Positions 1 to 10,000 of a stretch of DNA of 64,000 nt are shown piece by piece. A program made the translations under genes and the position numbers. Origin of the DNA: Paraspadella gotoi (Eukaryota; Animalia; Chaetognatha); NCBI GenBank assembly GCA_051294375.1, contig CM119270.1, forward strand, positions 9,864,016 to 9,928,015, written 5' to 3'. Position 1 is the first letter of the stretch. Every line of letters starts with the position of its first letter. Below the pieces are notes generated by a model. That model saw nothing but the letters and a program-made list of their open reading frames with translations. It was not told the DNA's origin and did not search any database.

Positions 1-705
1 ATAGTACCATTATAATATCCAAATTAAGTATATAGAAATGCATTAAGCTAATTTACATATTGCAGTAATATAATATGAAGATGAAATTCAAAAAAATTTT
101 TTTTAAATTCTAATAAAAATGGGAACTCAAAGGATTTTTTTATGAGAAGCTATATCTTAATTTTTAATACAAATAAAAATAAAATCTTTTACAAGCTGCG
201 ATTGGAAAAAATTGGAAAATTTCCATTGTAAACCAATTGTAACATTTTTGCTTATCTTTTTATTTATTTTTTAATTATATATATATTTTTTTTCAGGCGC
301 GGCCTTTTCTGAATCGTTTAAAAATCGAGTTCAGTCTCTCTCTGTCCTCTCTTTGTGTGCGTCCCTGTCTCTCTCTGTACGACTCTTGGTGATCGTTCGT
401 TTTTTGAAAATTCTTGATTATTTTTTTTCTTTCTAAAAAACATATATATTTGATCAGGCGCTGCTTTCTGAATCGTTTAAAAAATCTTAAAAGCAATAGA
501 AATCGAGCCAGCTTTCGATGGTAACCAAATATTAATGCGATGAATAACTAAATATGATGCGAATGAATAACCAGTTATAATTGATGCGATGATAATAAAA
601 TAACTGATGTGATGATATCAAATGATTGATGCGATGATAGTCATTCATTGATGTGATGATAATCATTCATTGATAGAATGATAATCATTCATTGATGCGA
701 TGATA
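1..705. mobile_element. Fragments of the repeat family at 59652-62338
   Basis: 1-~435 matches ~60004-60485 directly; ~478-705 is the reverse complement of ~62085-62338, including the ~22-bp TGATGCGATGATAGTCATTCAT minisatellite. Confidence 0.85.
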
Positions 706-706
706 T

Positions 707-1017
707 TATAAAGTAAAAAAGGCTATTTTTCGAGAACCTAATTTAAATGTCTGTCTATCAAGTCACAATGCCGGTGTAGAACGTACAAGTATTGTATTTA
801 ATTGTAGTGATCATGTCAATATACTCTTAACTAATCAAGCAAGTGAGCATTGACCGGAATCATCAGCAACTACTTTGTTTATTTTCATCCCCGCCGGCTC
901 CGCTTTCTCTGCAAACTGGCTAAGAGATAATTCTAACTTGCCTAGATACGAGAGTAAACAAACGGTTTCTAAGAGTCGGATTCGTCATTAGCAGCGCCTC
1001 GTCGACTATTCGGCACA
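707..1017 (-). repeat. 3' LTR of BEL element
   Basis: Matches 14428-14799 with many 1-bp indels and a ~60-nt internal deletion. Begins TGTGCCG on minus strand at 1017; AATAAA at 883-878. Outer end uncertain (701-707). Confidence 0.9.
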
Positions 1018-1025
1018 CTCCCCCC
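1018..1025 (-). promoter_or_regulatory. Polypurine tract of BEL element
   Basis: Minus strand GGGGGGAG immediately precedes TGTGCCG of the 3' LTR. Confidence 0.85.
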
Positions 1026-1305
1026 GGTCGACCCCTCGACCATAAGCACCGAATATTCGACCATGCGGAAGCCGGCTCTTCGCCCGTCGGCAATACAGCG
1101 CCTGTTGACGTCCGTTCATGACGACGAGGTGAACGAATTCGCGTCTGCTCCCCCATTTCCGGTCGGCCCCAAACCCTCGCTCTGCTGGTGAGTGTTCTCC
1201 ACGTAGCAGTCCTCTTCCGATTCGACATCTTCTTCCCGTTGCCTGCGCGTATGTCTGCTGTGCGGGCGCCTTCTGAAGTCGTCTCTTAGTTGACGCCTCG
1301 ACCTT

Positions 1306-1790
1306 TTATCGCAGCGTTTGTTTCGACTCCCCGTCTTCTCGAGGCGGCGCCCGGCGTCGTCTCCTTGACGAAGCCTGGGACTTCCGCTTCTCTGACCCGT
1401 CCTTTCGGTGTCTCGGCGTCTTTGGCGTCTTCTGCTTCCTTTTCTTGCTTAACGTGACGTTGCCCGTCGTCGCGACATCTGCGTCTCCACTTTTCGAGGC
1501 GGCGCCCGGCATCGTCTCTTGACGACGCCTGGGGCTTCCGCCGTACTTCAATGAAGACCGTCTCCTGATTTGCTCGTCGAGGATCGTGCCGCGATTTAGT
1601 CTTTCGTGCGTCGCCAGCTGCTGACTTTGATCTTTGTCTTTTTCTCTGCTTGACCGGAACCATGAACGTGCTTGCGTGTGTAAGTAATGGGAGTGTGCGT
1701 GCCATTCGAAACCGACCATCATGAGTTCTCGCCCGTAATCTCCTCCCCCTTTTTTGCACTCAAAAAAAGTTTGTTTGAAGGAATAATCTG
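1306..1790 (-). CDS. Accessory ORF J (basic, R/K-rich; possibly last exon of ORF I)
   Basis: Open frame 1306-1875; candidate acceptor TGGGCAG near 1788; start and phase unresolved. Confidence 0.3.
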
Positions 1791-1975
1791 CCCAAGGGTA
1801 ATTGATTTGATCAACATTTAAATTTATGAACAATGAGCAGTAAGTATATTTTAAACAATGACGTAACACAACCAACGAGATCTAAAGACTGTACCGTAAT
1901 TTTCTGGCCTCGTCACGCTCGACATGGCCCTCGTTCATAAGCAATAAATCGCGGAAAGTACTTTTGATTTCAGAG

Positions 1976-3250
1976 TTACATTTTTCGTTTTCTCGTGGCG
2001 TCCTTTGCCCATCCTGGGTAACCTTCGCGTCTTGGCGGTGGCGGTGGAGGTGGTGGAGACGCCGCTGGTTGAAGTCTTGGCAGCTTGTGTTTTCTGAATG
2101 GCGCCGCTTTTGGACGTGGCGGCGATTTTGTGAGCGATTCTTTTCCAGGTGGAGGATGAAACGTCGCTAGTCGTGAATTTTCCTCCGGAGATGGAGATCT
2201 CGGGTAAGGGCACGAGAGTTTCTCAACTTTGTCCTGAAGTTTCCCGTAGGCTTGAGCCCAGAGCCTCTCCGTGTTTGCGTGTCTTTTCTTCGCCTCCGTT
2301 CTCTCCGCTTCGAGTTTCACCTCCGCTTCGAGTCTCTTTTCTATCTCTTTTTTCAGGTCCTCCTTTAACTCCACTATCTGTCTCCTCAGCTCTGCCTTTT
2401 CAAACTCCGCTCTCATAATTTCTTGTGCCTTTCTCCTCTCCTTCATCTCCATCAGCTCCCATTCTCTTCCATCTAGCCTTGATTGTGTCGCGACATTCGA
2501 TGTTCCCTTTACATGATCTGCTTCGTCTTCCTTGGTCGTCGTTTCCTGCGGTTCCCCGTTTGTCGCTGAAGTTGTTTTCGTCTTCGCATATTTAACTGCC
2601 GGCGTTGTGTCATCAAATACTACGATGCGTGTTGATGTTGTTGACGTCGTCGTCGTCATTTTTTGTCTCGTTTCTTGACGTTCGTCATTTGTTGGAGTCG
2701 TTGGCGTTGAAACTCTTGCGTTTGTAGTCGGTCTCACCATTCTCGCCTTTTTCTTCATCGCCTCTTCGTCGGTTCCGTTTCTAATCATTTCGACGAGCTC
2801 TTCGAAGTCCTTTTCACTCCAACCTCTTTCTCTTGCCGCCCGTCTCCACCCTTTTTTAATTCTGTAGATCATAGTTTTCTTTTCTTTCGGTGCCACGAAT
2901 CCTACTTTGAAATATTTTTCATCGCCAGATCCGATTATTATTGGAATGTTAAAATCCTTTAACGCTTGGCGGTGCGGCGGTAGCTCGGTGCGCTTCAAGA
3001 ATTGTTTCACGAAGTCGTCGTCCTGTTCCGTTTTCTCCGTCTCGAGTGGCCCTGTCGCGACGATTTCGTTGATCGAAGTTGAACTGTCCACCGTGATTGT
3101 TTCTAGGCTGCCGCTCGCCAGGTCCCGGGCGAAAGGCATTGCGCCGTATACTTGTTCCTTCTCTTGATCCGTGGGCGTCCACCACATCGCGATTTCTTCG
3201 TCTTCCAAGATTCCAAAGGCGTTGGGTTCGAGCCCGGTTGGAGTGTCCAT
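1976..3250 (-). CDS. Accessory ORF I, ~424 aa: T-rich linker, long coiled coil, Pro-rich C-terminus
   Basis: 440-codon open frame; first ATG at 3250; TTTCAG acceptor at 3319-3314; E/K/R heptad segment (ELMEMKERRK...QDKVEKL); PPPPPPPP tail. Confidence 0.8.
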   Translation of the reverse strand: MDTPTGLEPNAFGILEDEEIAMWWTPTDQEKEQVYGAMPFARDLASGSLETITVDSSTSINEIVATGPLETEKTEQDDDFVKQFLKRTELPPHRQALKDFNIPIIIGSGDEKYFKVGFVAPKEKKTMIYRIKKGWRRAARERGWSEKDFEELVEMIRNGTDEEAMKKKARMVRPTTNARVSTPTTPTNDERQETRQKMTTTTSTTSTRIVVFDDTTPAVKYAKTKTTSATNGEPQETTTKEDEADHVKGTSNVATQSRLDGREWELMEMKERRKAQEIMRAEFEKAELRRQIVELKEDLKKEIEKRLEAEVKLEAERTEAKKRHANTERLWAQAYGKLQDKVEKLSCPYPRSPSPEENSRLATFHPPPGKESLTKSPPRPKAAPFRKHKLPRLQPAASPPPPPPPPRREGYPGWAKDATRKRKM

Positions 3251-3456
3251 CTTCTCCTGTTGTCGGTTTTTCACGTAAGTTTTATTTTGTATTTTCACGA
3301 ATTGTTTGTTTATCTGAAATTCCCTGTATAAATTTGTTCGAAAACAATAAACAATTGTGACTCAACGGACTTAATGAACAATTTAAATTTGTTTCACACG
3401 CAGAATTTATTTATCATGCATAGTTTGTAAATTTTCTTTGAACGGTGTCCATTTGT

Positions 3457-3813
3457 TTATTCGTTTTTCTCGTTCGCGAATAAGTATCTGATCCCTTCGA
3501 ACGCTCTTTCCTCTTCTTCCTTGCGTCTTCTTTCTTTTACTTCGGCTTCCAGTTGTCTGATGATGCGTCCCCAATCCGTTTGACGCATCCTCTCCAGATT
3601 CGCCTCCATTTCTGGGTTGTTATGGGCTTCGTCCGCGTAAATTTGCCATCCTTGGTCGTTTTCGCTTTCCTCAACTTGTTGTATGGTGATTGTCGGCCCG
3701 TCGAATTCGTATTGATGTGCTGGGCGTCCTATCTCCATCGTGTTCTCCAGTCCCGGCATGTCTTCGTCTTCTTCTTCTTCTTGTATCTCTATCGGCTCTT
3801 CATTCAGGCCCAT
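3457..3813 (-). CDS. Accessory ORF H, 118 aa acidic/helical protein
   Basis: ATG in AAAATG context, 25 nt after TTTCAG (3844-3839); flanked by AT-rich spacers. Confidence 0.75.
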   Translation of the reverse strand: MGLNEEPIEIQEEEEDEDMPGLENTMEIGRPAHQYEFDGPTITIQQVEESENDQGWQIYADEAHNNPEMEANLERMRQTDWGRIIRQLEAEVKERRRKEEEERAFEGIRYLFANEKNE

Positions 3814-3959
3814 TTTAGTTGAGTATTACTTTTTTTCACTGAAATAACTGGTAATGAAACCGTTTAAAAAAAACAAGTAAAAAAAAACAGAGACGTGACG
3901 TCAAAAAAAAACGAGCAGCGTTCATCGTCTTCCACGTCGTCCCCTTTCTTCTAGCCCTT

Positions 3960-4467
3960 TTATTGGCTCGCCGCGTTGTCGTTCATCGATTCTACCCACT
4001 GAAATGTATTCGTTTTAATTTTCTTTTCCTTTGTTCATTTAATTTTTTCTGACTTACTTCTTCTTCGTCCGACCAGTCCGATGGCCAATATGGCGAAGGG
4101 GTTGGCAGGTAGTATTCGTCGTCATCCTAATTAATTCTTTCTCCTTTCTTTATTTTTTGTTTATTAATTTATGTGTGTGTTTTGATCTTACTTCTTCGCT
4201 CGAGTCGGCGATTTTCCACATCTCCGACTCCATCTCTCGCCTTCCCGCCCCGAAGACTTCTTCTTCTTCGTCGTCGTCGTCGACGTCGACCGGGACCTCG
4301 GCGGCGTCGATGGTGTTGGCGTCGTCGTGAGTGGCGACGGAGTTGGCGTCGTCGCGAGTGGCGACGGTTGCCGGTGCCACGACGTTGGCGATGACGGCGC
4401 CGTCGGCGATGACGGCAACGGAAACGTCGACTTCGGCGTCGACGACGACTTTTACGACGATGGACAT
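3960..4467 (-). CDS. Accessory gene G, 3 exons (4467-4192, 4126-4058, 3998-3960), 127 aa acidic low-complexity protein
   Basis: Two phase-0 introns: GAA|GTAAGA..ATTAG (65 nt) and GAA|GTAAGT..TTTCAG (59 nt). Splicing joins three GC-richer blocks into one open frame ending WVESMNDNAASQ*. Confidence 0.7.
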
Positions 4468-4581
4468 TTTTTTTATTATAGTACTAAATCTGTGTTTTAA
4501 TTAAATGCATAAATTAAACAGTATTTAAAGAGTTAATGAATCAATCAGGAAAGAGAAAACTTTTTTCTAATTTTGCGATGG

Positions 4582-4812
4582 TCATTTGTTTTCTTTTTCT
4601 GGTTTCGCAGCGATCCGCATTTCTTGGAAATGTTCCTTTTTTCTCGTTTTGATCCTCATCTCAAGTTTTTCACTTTCTCGTAATTTTTTCGACATGATTA
4701 TTTTTGGTCTTTCCGGGTCTACTGAATTTGTCACCGCGACTTCTTTGACCAATATACCGTATTTTCCGAATGCGATTGCCATTTCTCTAATGTCCATTTT
4801 GTAATTTCTCAT
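4582..4812 (-). CDS. Accessory ORF F, 76 aa basic protein
   Basis: ATG-initiated ORF between AT-rich spacers; weaker acceptor candidates GTGTTAG (4867-4861) and TATTAG (4860-4855). Confidence 0.5.
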   Translation of the reverse strand: MRNYKMDIREMAIAFGKYGILVKEVAVTNSVDPERPKIIMSKKLRESEKLEMRIKTRKKEHFQEMRIAAKPEKENK

Positions 4813-4883
4813 TTCAACGAAACGTATTTATAATTTTATTTCAATGGTCGAATACTAATACTAACACACGTGTTAACATAATT

Positions 4884-5231
4884 TCATCCCATTATTGTGT
4901 CTCTCCCGCCGTCGTATCGTAGTAATTTGTCTTTCGTCGTCCTTGAAAACACTTTTCCCTCCGCCTCCATCACGTCGGCCCATCTTCTTAAGAATTCGAT
5001 TCTCCAGCTATACGCCTCATACTCTTCGTCGAGAGGTAATCCGAGAGCTATGTAGTTGAAGTATAATGTCTCTAACTCCTCTTTGTACGTTTCCATCATC
5101 TCCAGTGTGTCTTCCAGGTTGTCTGGGACATTCCTTTCCGCTCGTGTTCTCTCTCGGTCGCGGAAACTTTGCGGATTCTTCGTTTCGATTTTGGTAAGTT
5201 CAAGTTTCTCGTTTTTTTGTTTAAATGACAT
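4884..5231 (-). CDS. Accessory ORF E, 115 aa helical protein, paralogue of ORF D
   Basis: TTGCAG|GAAA-ATG (acceptor 5241-5236); ungapped similarity to ORF D. Confidence 0.75.
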   Translation of the reverse strand: MSFKQKNEKLELTKIETKNPQSFRDRERTRAERNVPDNLEDTLEMMETYKEELETLYFNYIALGLPLDEEYEAYSWRIEFLRRWADVMEAEGKVFSRTTKDKLLRYDGGRDTIMG

Positions 5232-5285
5232 TTTCCTGCAATTTAACGTAACACTAATTATTTTAAAGTTCATTGGACCATTTTT

Positions 5286-5567
5286 TCAATAAGTGTCTGG
5301 CTGGTTCTGGTATCTTTTTCCCTTAGTGTGGTTTCTCATTTCCCTTTGAAATTCGGAGAATATTCTCTCTTGCGCGTATCTGATTTCTATCCATCTTTCG
5401 AAATAGTCTTTCTGTTTTCTAAAGTCGGCTTTCAATTTCTCTTTCTTTTCCTGGTTTTGCCCGTTCTTTTCTATCTGGTCTCGATAGTAGTTCGCGTACG
5501 ATGCGGACATCCTCATGGCATCCTCGACCGATTGTGGCGTGTCGTCTGTTCCTAGGCACCACTCCAT
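5286..5567 (-). CDS. Accessory ORF D, ~93 aa helical protein (may be exon 2 of ORF C)
   Basis: TTTAG acceptor 5612-5608; ATG at 5567; ungapped similarity to ORF E. Confidence 0.7.
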   Translation of the reverse strand: MEWCLGTDDTPQSVEDAMRMSASYANYYRDQIEKNGQNQEKKEKLKADFRKQKDYFERWIEIRYAQERIFSEFQREMRNHTKGKRYQNQPDTY

Positions 5568-5635
5568 CGTCTTTTTTCGGAACTCTGCTATTATTCTTTC
5601 TTTTTCTCTAAATAAATCATGATTTAAACACAATT

Positions 5636-6064
5636 TTATTTATTTTTGCTGTACTTTAATTCTCTCTTTCGTAATGATTTTAATCTTATTTTTCTCTCGA
5701 GTTTTTTAATTTTTTCATTAGTTTCTTTTTCTTCTTTTTCTGTCCTTGTCAGAATTTCGACGTAAATTTTTGAGTTAACATACTTTTTCTCCGATTCGAG
5801 GATTTCTATTCCTTCCGCTTTTCTTTTCTGTAGTATCTTCTTCTTTTCTTTTGTCGTTTCTAATGCCGCTTCCGGATTATCCTTCTCCTTTTCCTCTTCA
5901 ATCACCTTTTTCTCATGTTCTTTGAGTTCGACTTCTGGTAGAATTAGTTCGCGGGTCAGATTAATTGACTCTTGGTATTCTCCTTCTGCCCACAGTTCTT
6001 GTCCTCGTTTCCATTTTTTGTCTAGTTCGTTTCGTTTGTCTCTGAATCCTTCTGCTAAATCCAT
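5636..6064 (-). CDS. Accessory ORF C, 142 aa K/E-rich coiled coil
   Basis: TTACAG|ATG: acceptor (6070-6065) directly abuts the start codon. Confidence 0.7.
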   Translation of the reverse strand: MDLAEGFRDKRNELDKKWKRGQELWAEGEYQESINLTRELILPEVELKEHEKKVIEEEKEKDNPEAALETTKEKKKILQKRKAEGIEILESEKKYVNSKIYVEILTRTEKEEKETNEKIKKLERKIRLKSLRKRELKYSKNK

Positions 6065-6136
6065 CTGTAATTTATCTTGAAAATTTAACAACAACACAAT
6101 AATTGATTTTTTGCGTTATTCTGTTTTTTTACATTT

Positions 6137-6469
6137 TTAATTCGACGATATTTTTGATTCCACCTCAGTTTTTCTTTTTTCTACTCGTTCTTTCATCCTT
6201 TCAAATGTTTCTTTTCTCTCATGGCAAACCTTTTTTGCTTTGTCTAGCGTCTTCAGGATCCGATTCAGCCTTTCGAGGTCCTTCTTTGTTTTTTCCGCTG
6301 CTTCGTCTGGTTTTTCACATGTCTTCGTTTCTTTTTCTTTCAGTTCTTTTTCTCGAAGTATTAACTCGAATGTTTCTTTTTTCCTTTTTTCTCCTTCTTC
6401 CATTTTTTCTAGTTTCTTCCATCTTTCGTCGATGTCGTTCCATTCGCTTGTATCATTCGTCGTCTCCAT
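6137..6469 (-). CDS. Accessory ORF B, 110 aa K/E-rich coiled coil (may be exon 2 of ORF A)
   Basis: TTCTTTCAG acceptor (AG at 6486-6485), ATG 15 nt downstream. Confidence 0.7.
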   Translation of the reverse strand: METTNDTSEWNDIDERWKKLEKMEEGEKRKKETFELILREKELKEKETKTCEKPDEAAEKTKKDLERLNRILKTLDKAKKVCHERKETFERMKERVEKRKTEVESKISSN

Positions 6470-6533
6470 GACGATTGAAGCTATCTGAAAGAACGACCAA
6501 ATACTAATTGTACTACTCCCTTTTTTATGAGTT

Positions 6534-6947
6534 TCAAACAAATAGTTTTCTATGGGCGAAATGGCGTCTCTGTGGGGCCCGTCTTTTTGGTTTCACGTCG
6601 CCGCTTTCCACCGTCTTCTTCGAGTCGTTTCCCTTTGATTCGGCGTCGTCCTTGTAGCTTTTATCGAATTCTTCCTCTGGGACTCTGAAAATCTTTTCGT
6701 AAATTGCGTCGTCGTCCTCTTCTTTGATGGGAGATGGAACATAAATTTTTCTAAGTTCTTTTGTTAGGTCCGATATTTGTTTCTTTCTTCTTTCCACTGT
6801 TTCGAGGATCAAGTTTATTTCCGTGACTGGCGAGTGATCCCATGTTTGAATCGCCTCTATTTCTTCCCACAAACTGTCGATCATCTTGTCGATTGACGAT
6901 TTTAATTGCCGTTGGAAACATGTCTTCACAGTTTCCTCCACGTTCAT
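6534..6947 (-). CDS. Accessory ORF A, 137 aa helical protein
   Basis: TTTAG acceptor 6972-6968; ATG in AAAATG context 20 nt downstream; ~150 nt after the pol stop. Confidence 0.7.
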   Translation of the reverse strand: MNVEETVKTCFQRQLKSSIDKMIDSLWEEIEAIQTWDHSPVTEINLILETVERRKKQISDLTKELRKIYVPSPIKEEDDDAIYEKIFRVPEEEFDKSYKDDAESKGNDSKKTVESGDVKPKRRAPQRRHFAHRKLFV

Positions 6948-7097
6948 TTTATCAAGCTTGTTTTTCTCTAAATTTAATGAACATTCAGTAAACATATTAA
7001 TCACAATTTCAATGAAAAGATTTTTTGGTAATTTGATTTCGCCATTAAATATTTGATTAGTTTTTTGCTTTAGCGTTTATTTGGTGCTTTTTATTTT

Positions 7098-10000
7098 TTA
7101 TTCTTCCAGCTCCAGCTGCACCAATGCTTTATGATGTCGTCGAAACGTCCTTCCGTCGGCAAGTCGAACGATCGCTTCCCTTTTTGTTGGTCCGTCGCCC
7201 TTCAGCTCGACGACTCGGCCGATCTTCCAATGGTCGCGAGGTGCATTCGGTTCGACGAGGAGGACGATTTGTCCCTCTTTCAGTGCCTCTGTCGACGTCC
7301 GCCACTTTGTGCGTTCCTGAAGAGATATAAGATATTCTGTGATCCACCTATGCCAAAACGCGTCGGCGATCTCTCTCACTTGTTTCCACGATGCCCTCAT
7401 ACTGTCTCCTTCTGACGCTGCATAAGGTAATATTGTTAGTGATGTTGATGTATACAAGTAAGGGTATAGCATGTTCATTGGCGATAATGCTATTTCACTT
7501 TTAGGATCGGATGATTCATGCGTTATCGGACGTCGATTCAGTATACCTGCGATTTCACTTAACACGGTTGCGAAGGTGTCGATGTCCAGCTCCTGAGGTA
7601 AGACGGCTGTGAGATGCTTCTTCGTTTCCTTAACCATGCGTTCCCAGATTCCGCCCCAGTGAGGTGCGTTGGGTGGTCCGAACGTCCACGTTATTCCCTT
7701 CTTTGCGATGCCTTCGCTGACCTTTTCATCTTCTTTGAGTTTTTGTAATTGTCTTTCGATTTCGTGATGTGCGCCGGTTAAATTGGTGCCGTTGTCGGAT
7801 ACTAATGTTCGTAAGCCTGGATATGAATTTTTAAATCGGATGAGTGCATTCAACATTGATTGTGCTGACATATCTTTTAGTATTTCAAACGTGATGGCTC
7901 TCGTCGTCAAGCATGTCAGTAATACCACGTTTTTCTTATTCAGTCCTCGGCCGGCGTGCTTTACCTGAAATGGTCCAAAGCAGTCGAGGCCGGTCACCTC
8001 GAACGGAATGGCTTGGTTTACTCTGAAGTCCGGCAACTCGCCCATCCTTTGCGGTTTCGTTGCTTTGAAGTTCTTTTGACATTCGACGCATCGGCGGACG
8101 ATCTTCTCGACGGCGAGGCGGCCTCCCATCAAGGTGAATTTTTGTCGTAACGAGTGGAATGTTGCACATGCCCCTGCGTGAAATAAAGTCACATGTTCAT
8201 ATCGAATTAATGAATTCACGTTTTCATCGTCTTTTGGTAAAATTATCGGGTGTTTGTTTTCGTAAGTCATTGTTTTGCTGTTGCCCAATCTTCCTCCCGT
8301 TCTCATCATCCCTTCCTCATCCACGAACGGATTCAATGACACTATTTTTGAGCTTCTATTTCTTAATTCTTTGTGTGCATTTGGTGACGTTACTCCCAAT
8401 TTTATCAGTTCAAATAACTCGTTTTCAAATCCCTTTCTCTGTATTGCTTTAATCAATCTTTTTTCAGCCTTTCTAAAATCTTCCCCTGTAATCCTTATCT
8501 TTTCTTTTTCAATCCTTTCCTTTCTCTTTTCTCGTCTTCTGTTTTCGATTAATGCTCTTATTGCTTTTGTAAAATATGCGATTCGACGTACTTTCTTTGC
8601 CCAATCACTGACCTTTTCTGTGATTCTGATCACCCAATCCTCTTTTTCCTCACCTAATTCCTTTTTTGGGTATTTCGTCGTGGCATTCGCGAAGACGAGT
8701 TCGATTGCACTGTATTGGCTGTCCTCATGAACGGCGGCAAGGTTTACCGTGTTTTCCTTTTTCTTTTTGATGCTTTCGAGGTCGTCGGTGATCGGCCATC
8801 TGTCCTTTGTGAGGCTTAGCCACTTAGGTCCGTTGTGAAACGTTGACCATTTTTCTTTGTCGTCCGCTTCGATTCCTCGGCTTGTGAGATCGGCCGGATT
8901 TTCTTGACTTGGCACGTACTTCCATTCGCTTGGCCTGGAAAGAAGACGAATTGTTTTTAATCTGAAATTTTCATACGTTTTAAATCTTTTATTCCAGTCT
9001 CTTATCCATCTGATTACAGTGACTGAGTCTGTTAACATTGTGATCTCGTCGAACTCTTCGCCCGACTCTCGAATCATTAAATCTCTCAGTTGTGCGGCCA
9101 ATCTCGCTGCATTTAATTCTAATCGCGGCATCGAATCTAAGTGATCGAGTTGATTGGATAAAATAATTTTTTCTTGCATTTTGATTGGTACTACGTGTGC
9201 TTTGGCATATAATAAGGTTACACGGCATTTATCCCCATCTTTATTTTCCTTCTTAATGTACAGTGCGGCTCCGTATCCATCCAATGACGCGTCGCAGAAC
9301 GCTATTAATTTAGTCCTTACGCTATCCAGCCCTACTATCGCCGTCCATCTTGGGATTCGAATCTTCTTCAAGTGTATCATCTTTTTTCTCCATTCGTCAA
9401 ATGTCGTGTGCAGTTCCTCTGGTAACTTGTCGTCCCAATCTAATCCGGCGGCGACGACCTTCTGCAGCGTAATCCTTCCCTTCAGCACTACTGGCGCGAC
9501 AAACCCGAGCGGGTCGAAAACTGATGCGACAAGCTTCAACATTTCTCTTCTCGTATTTACTTCTTTCTCCGATTTCTCAGTTACCCGGACAAAGAAAACA
9601 TCTTTTCTAGCGTTGTATCCTACCCCTAGCACCTTCGAGTCGTGCTGATCCAACGCCGGATCCTCCGGAAGTGCATTCTCGGCGATCCTCTCCAAGTCGT
9701 CCTCCAACTCTTCGTTCTTCTCTGTCTCACTCGTCTCCTCTTTCTTCTCCACCTCTTCGTCGCCGTCTTGTCTCGGATCGTCTAGCAGGATTCTCTCATC
9801 TGACGCCTGCCATTTTGTCAATTCGAATCCCCCTCTCTTCATTGCTTCAGTCATGTCCTTCCTCATCTTTCTTGCCTCTTTTATCCCGTCCAGTGCGTCC
9901 AAGTAGTCATCGACATATATTTTTAGGAAAAATGCGGATACGACCTCCGGCGGAAACTCCTTCAACTGGCTCAACTTCTTCCCATGATACTGGAGTACAA

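Noticed and set aside
1306-7097. env gene downstream of BEL pol
   Set aside because: No signal peptide, Cys-rich ectodomain or TM anchor in any ORF.
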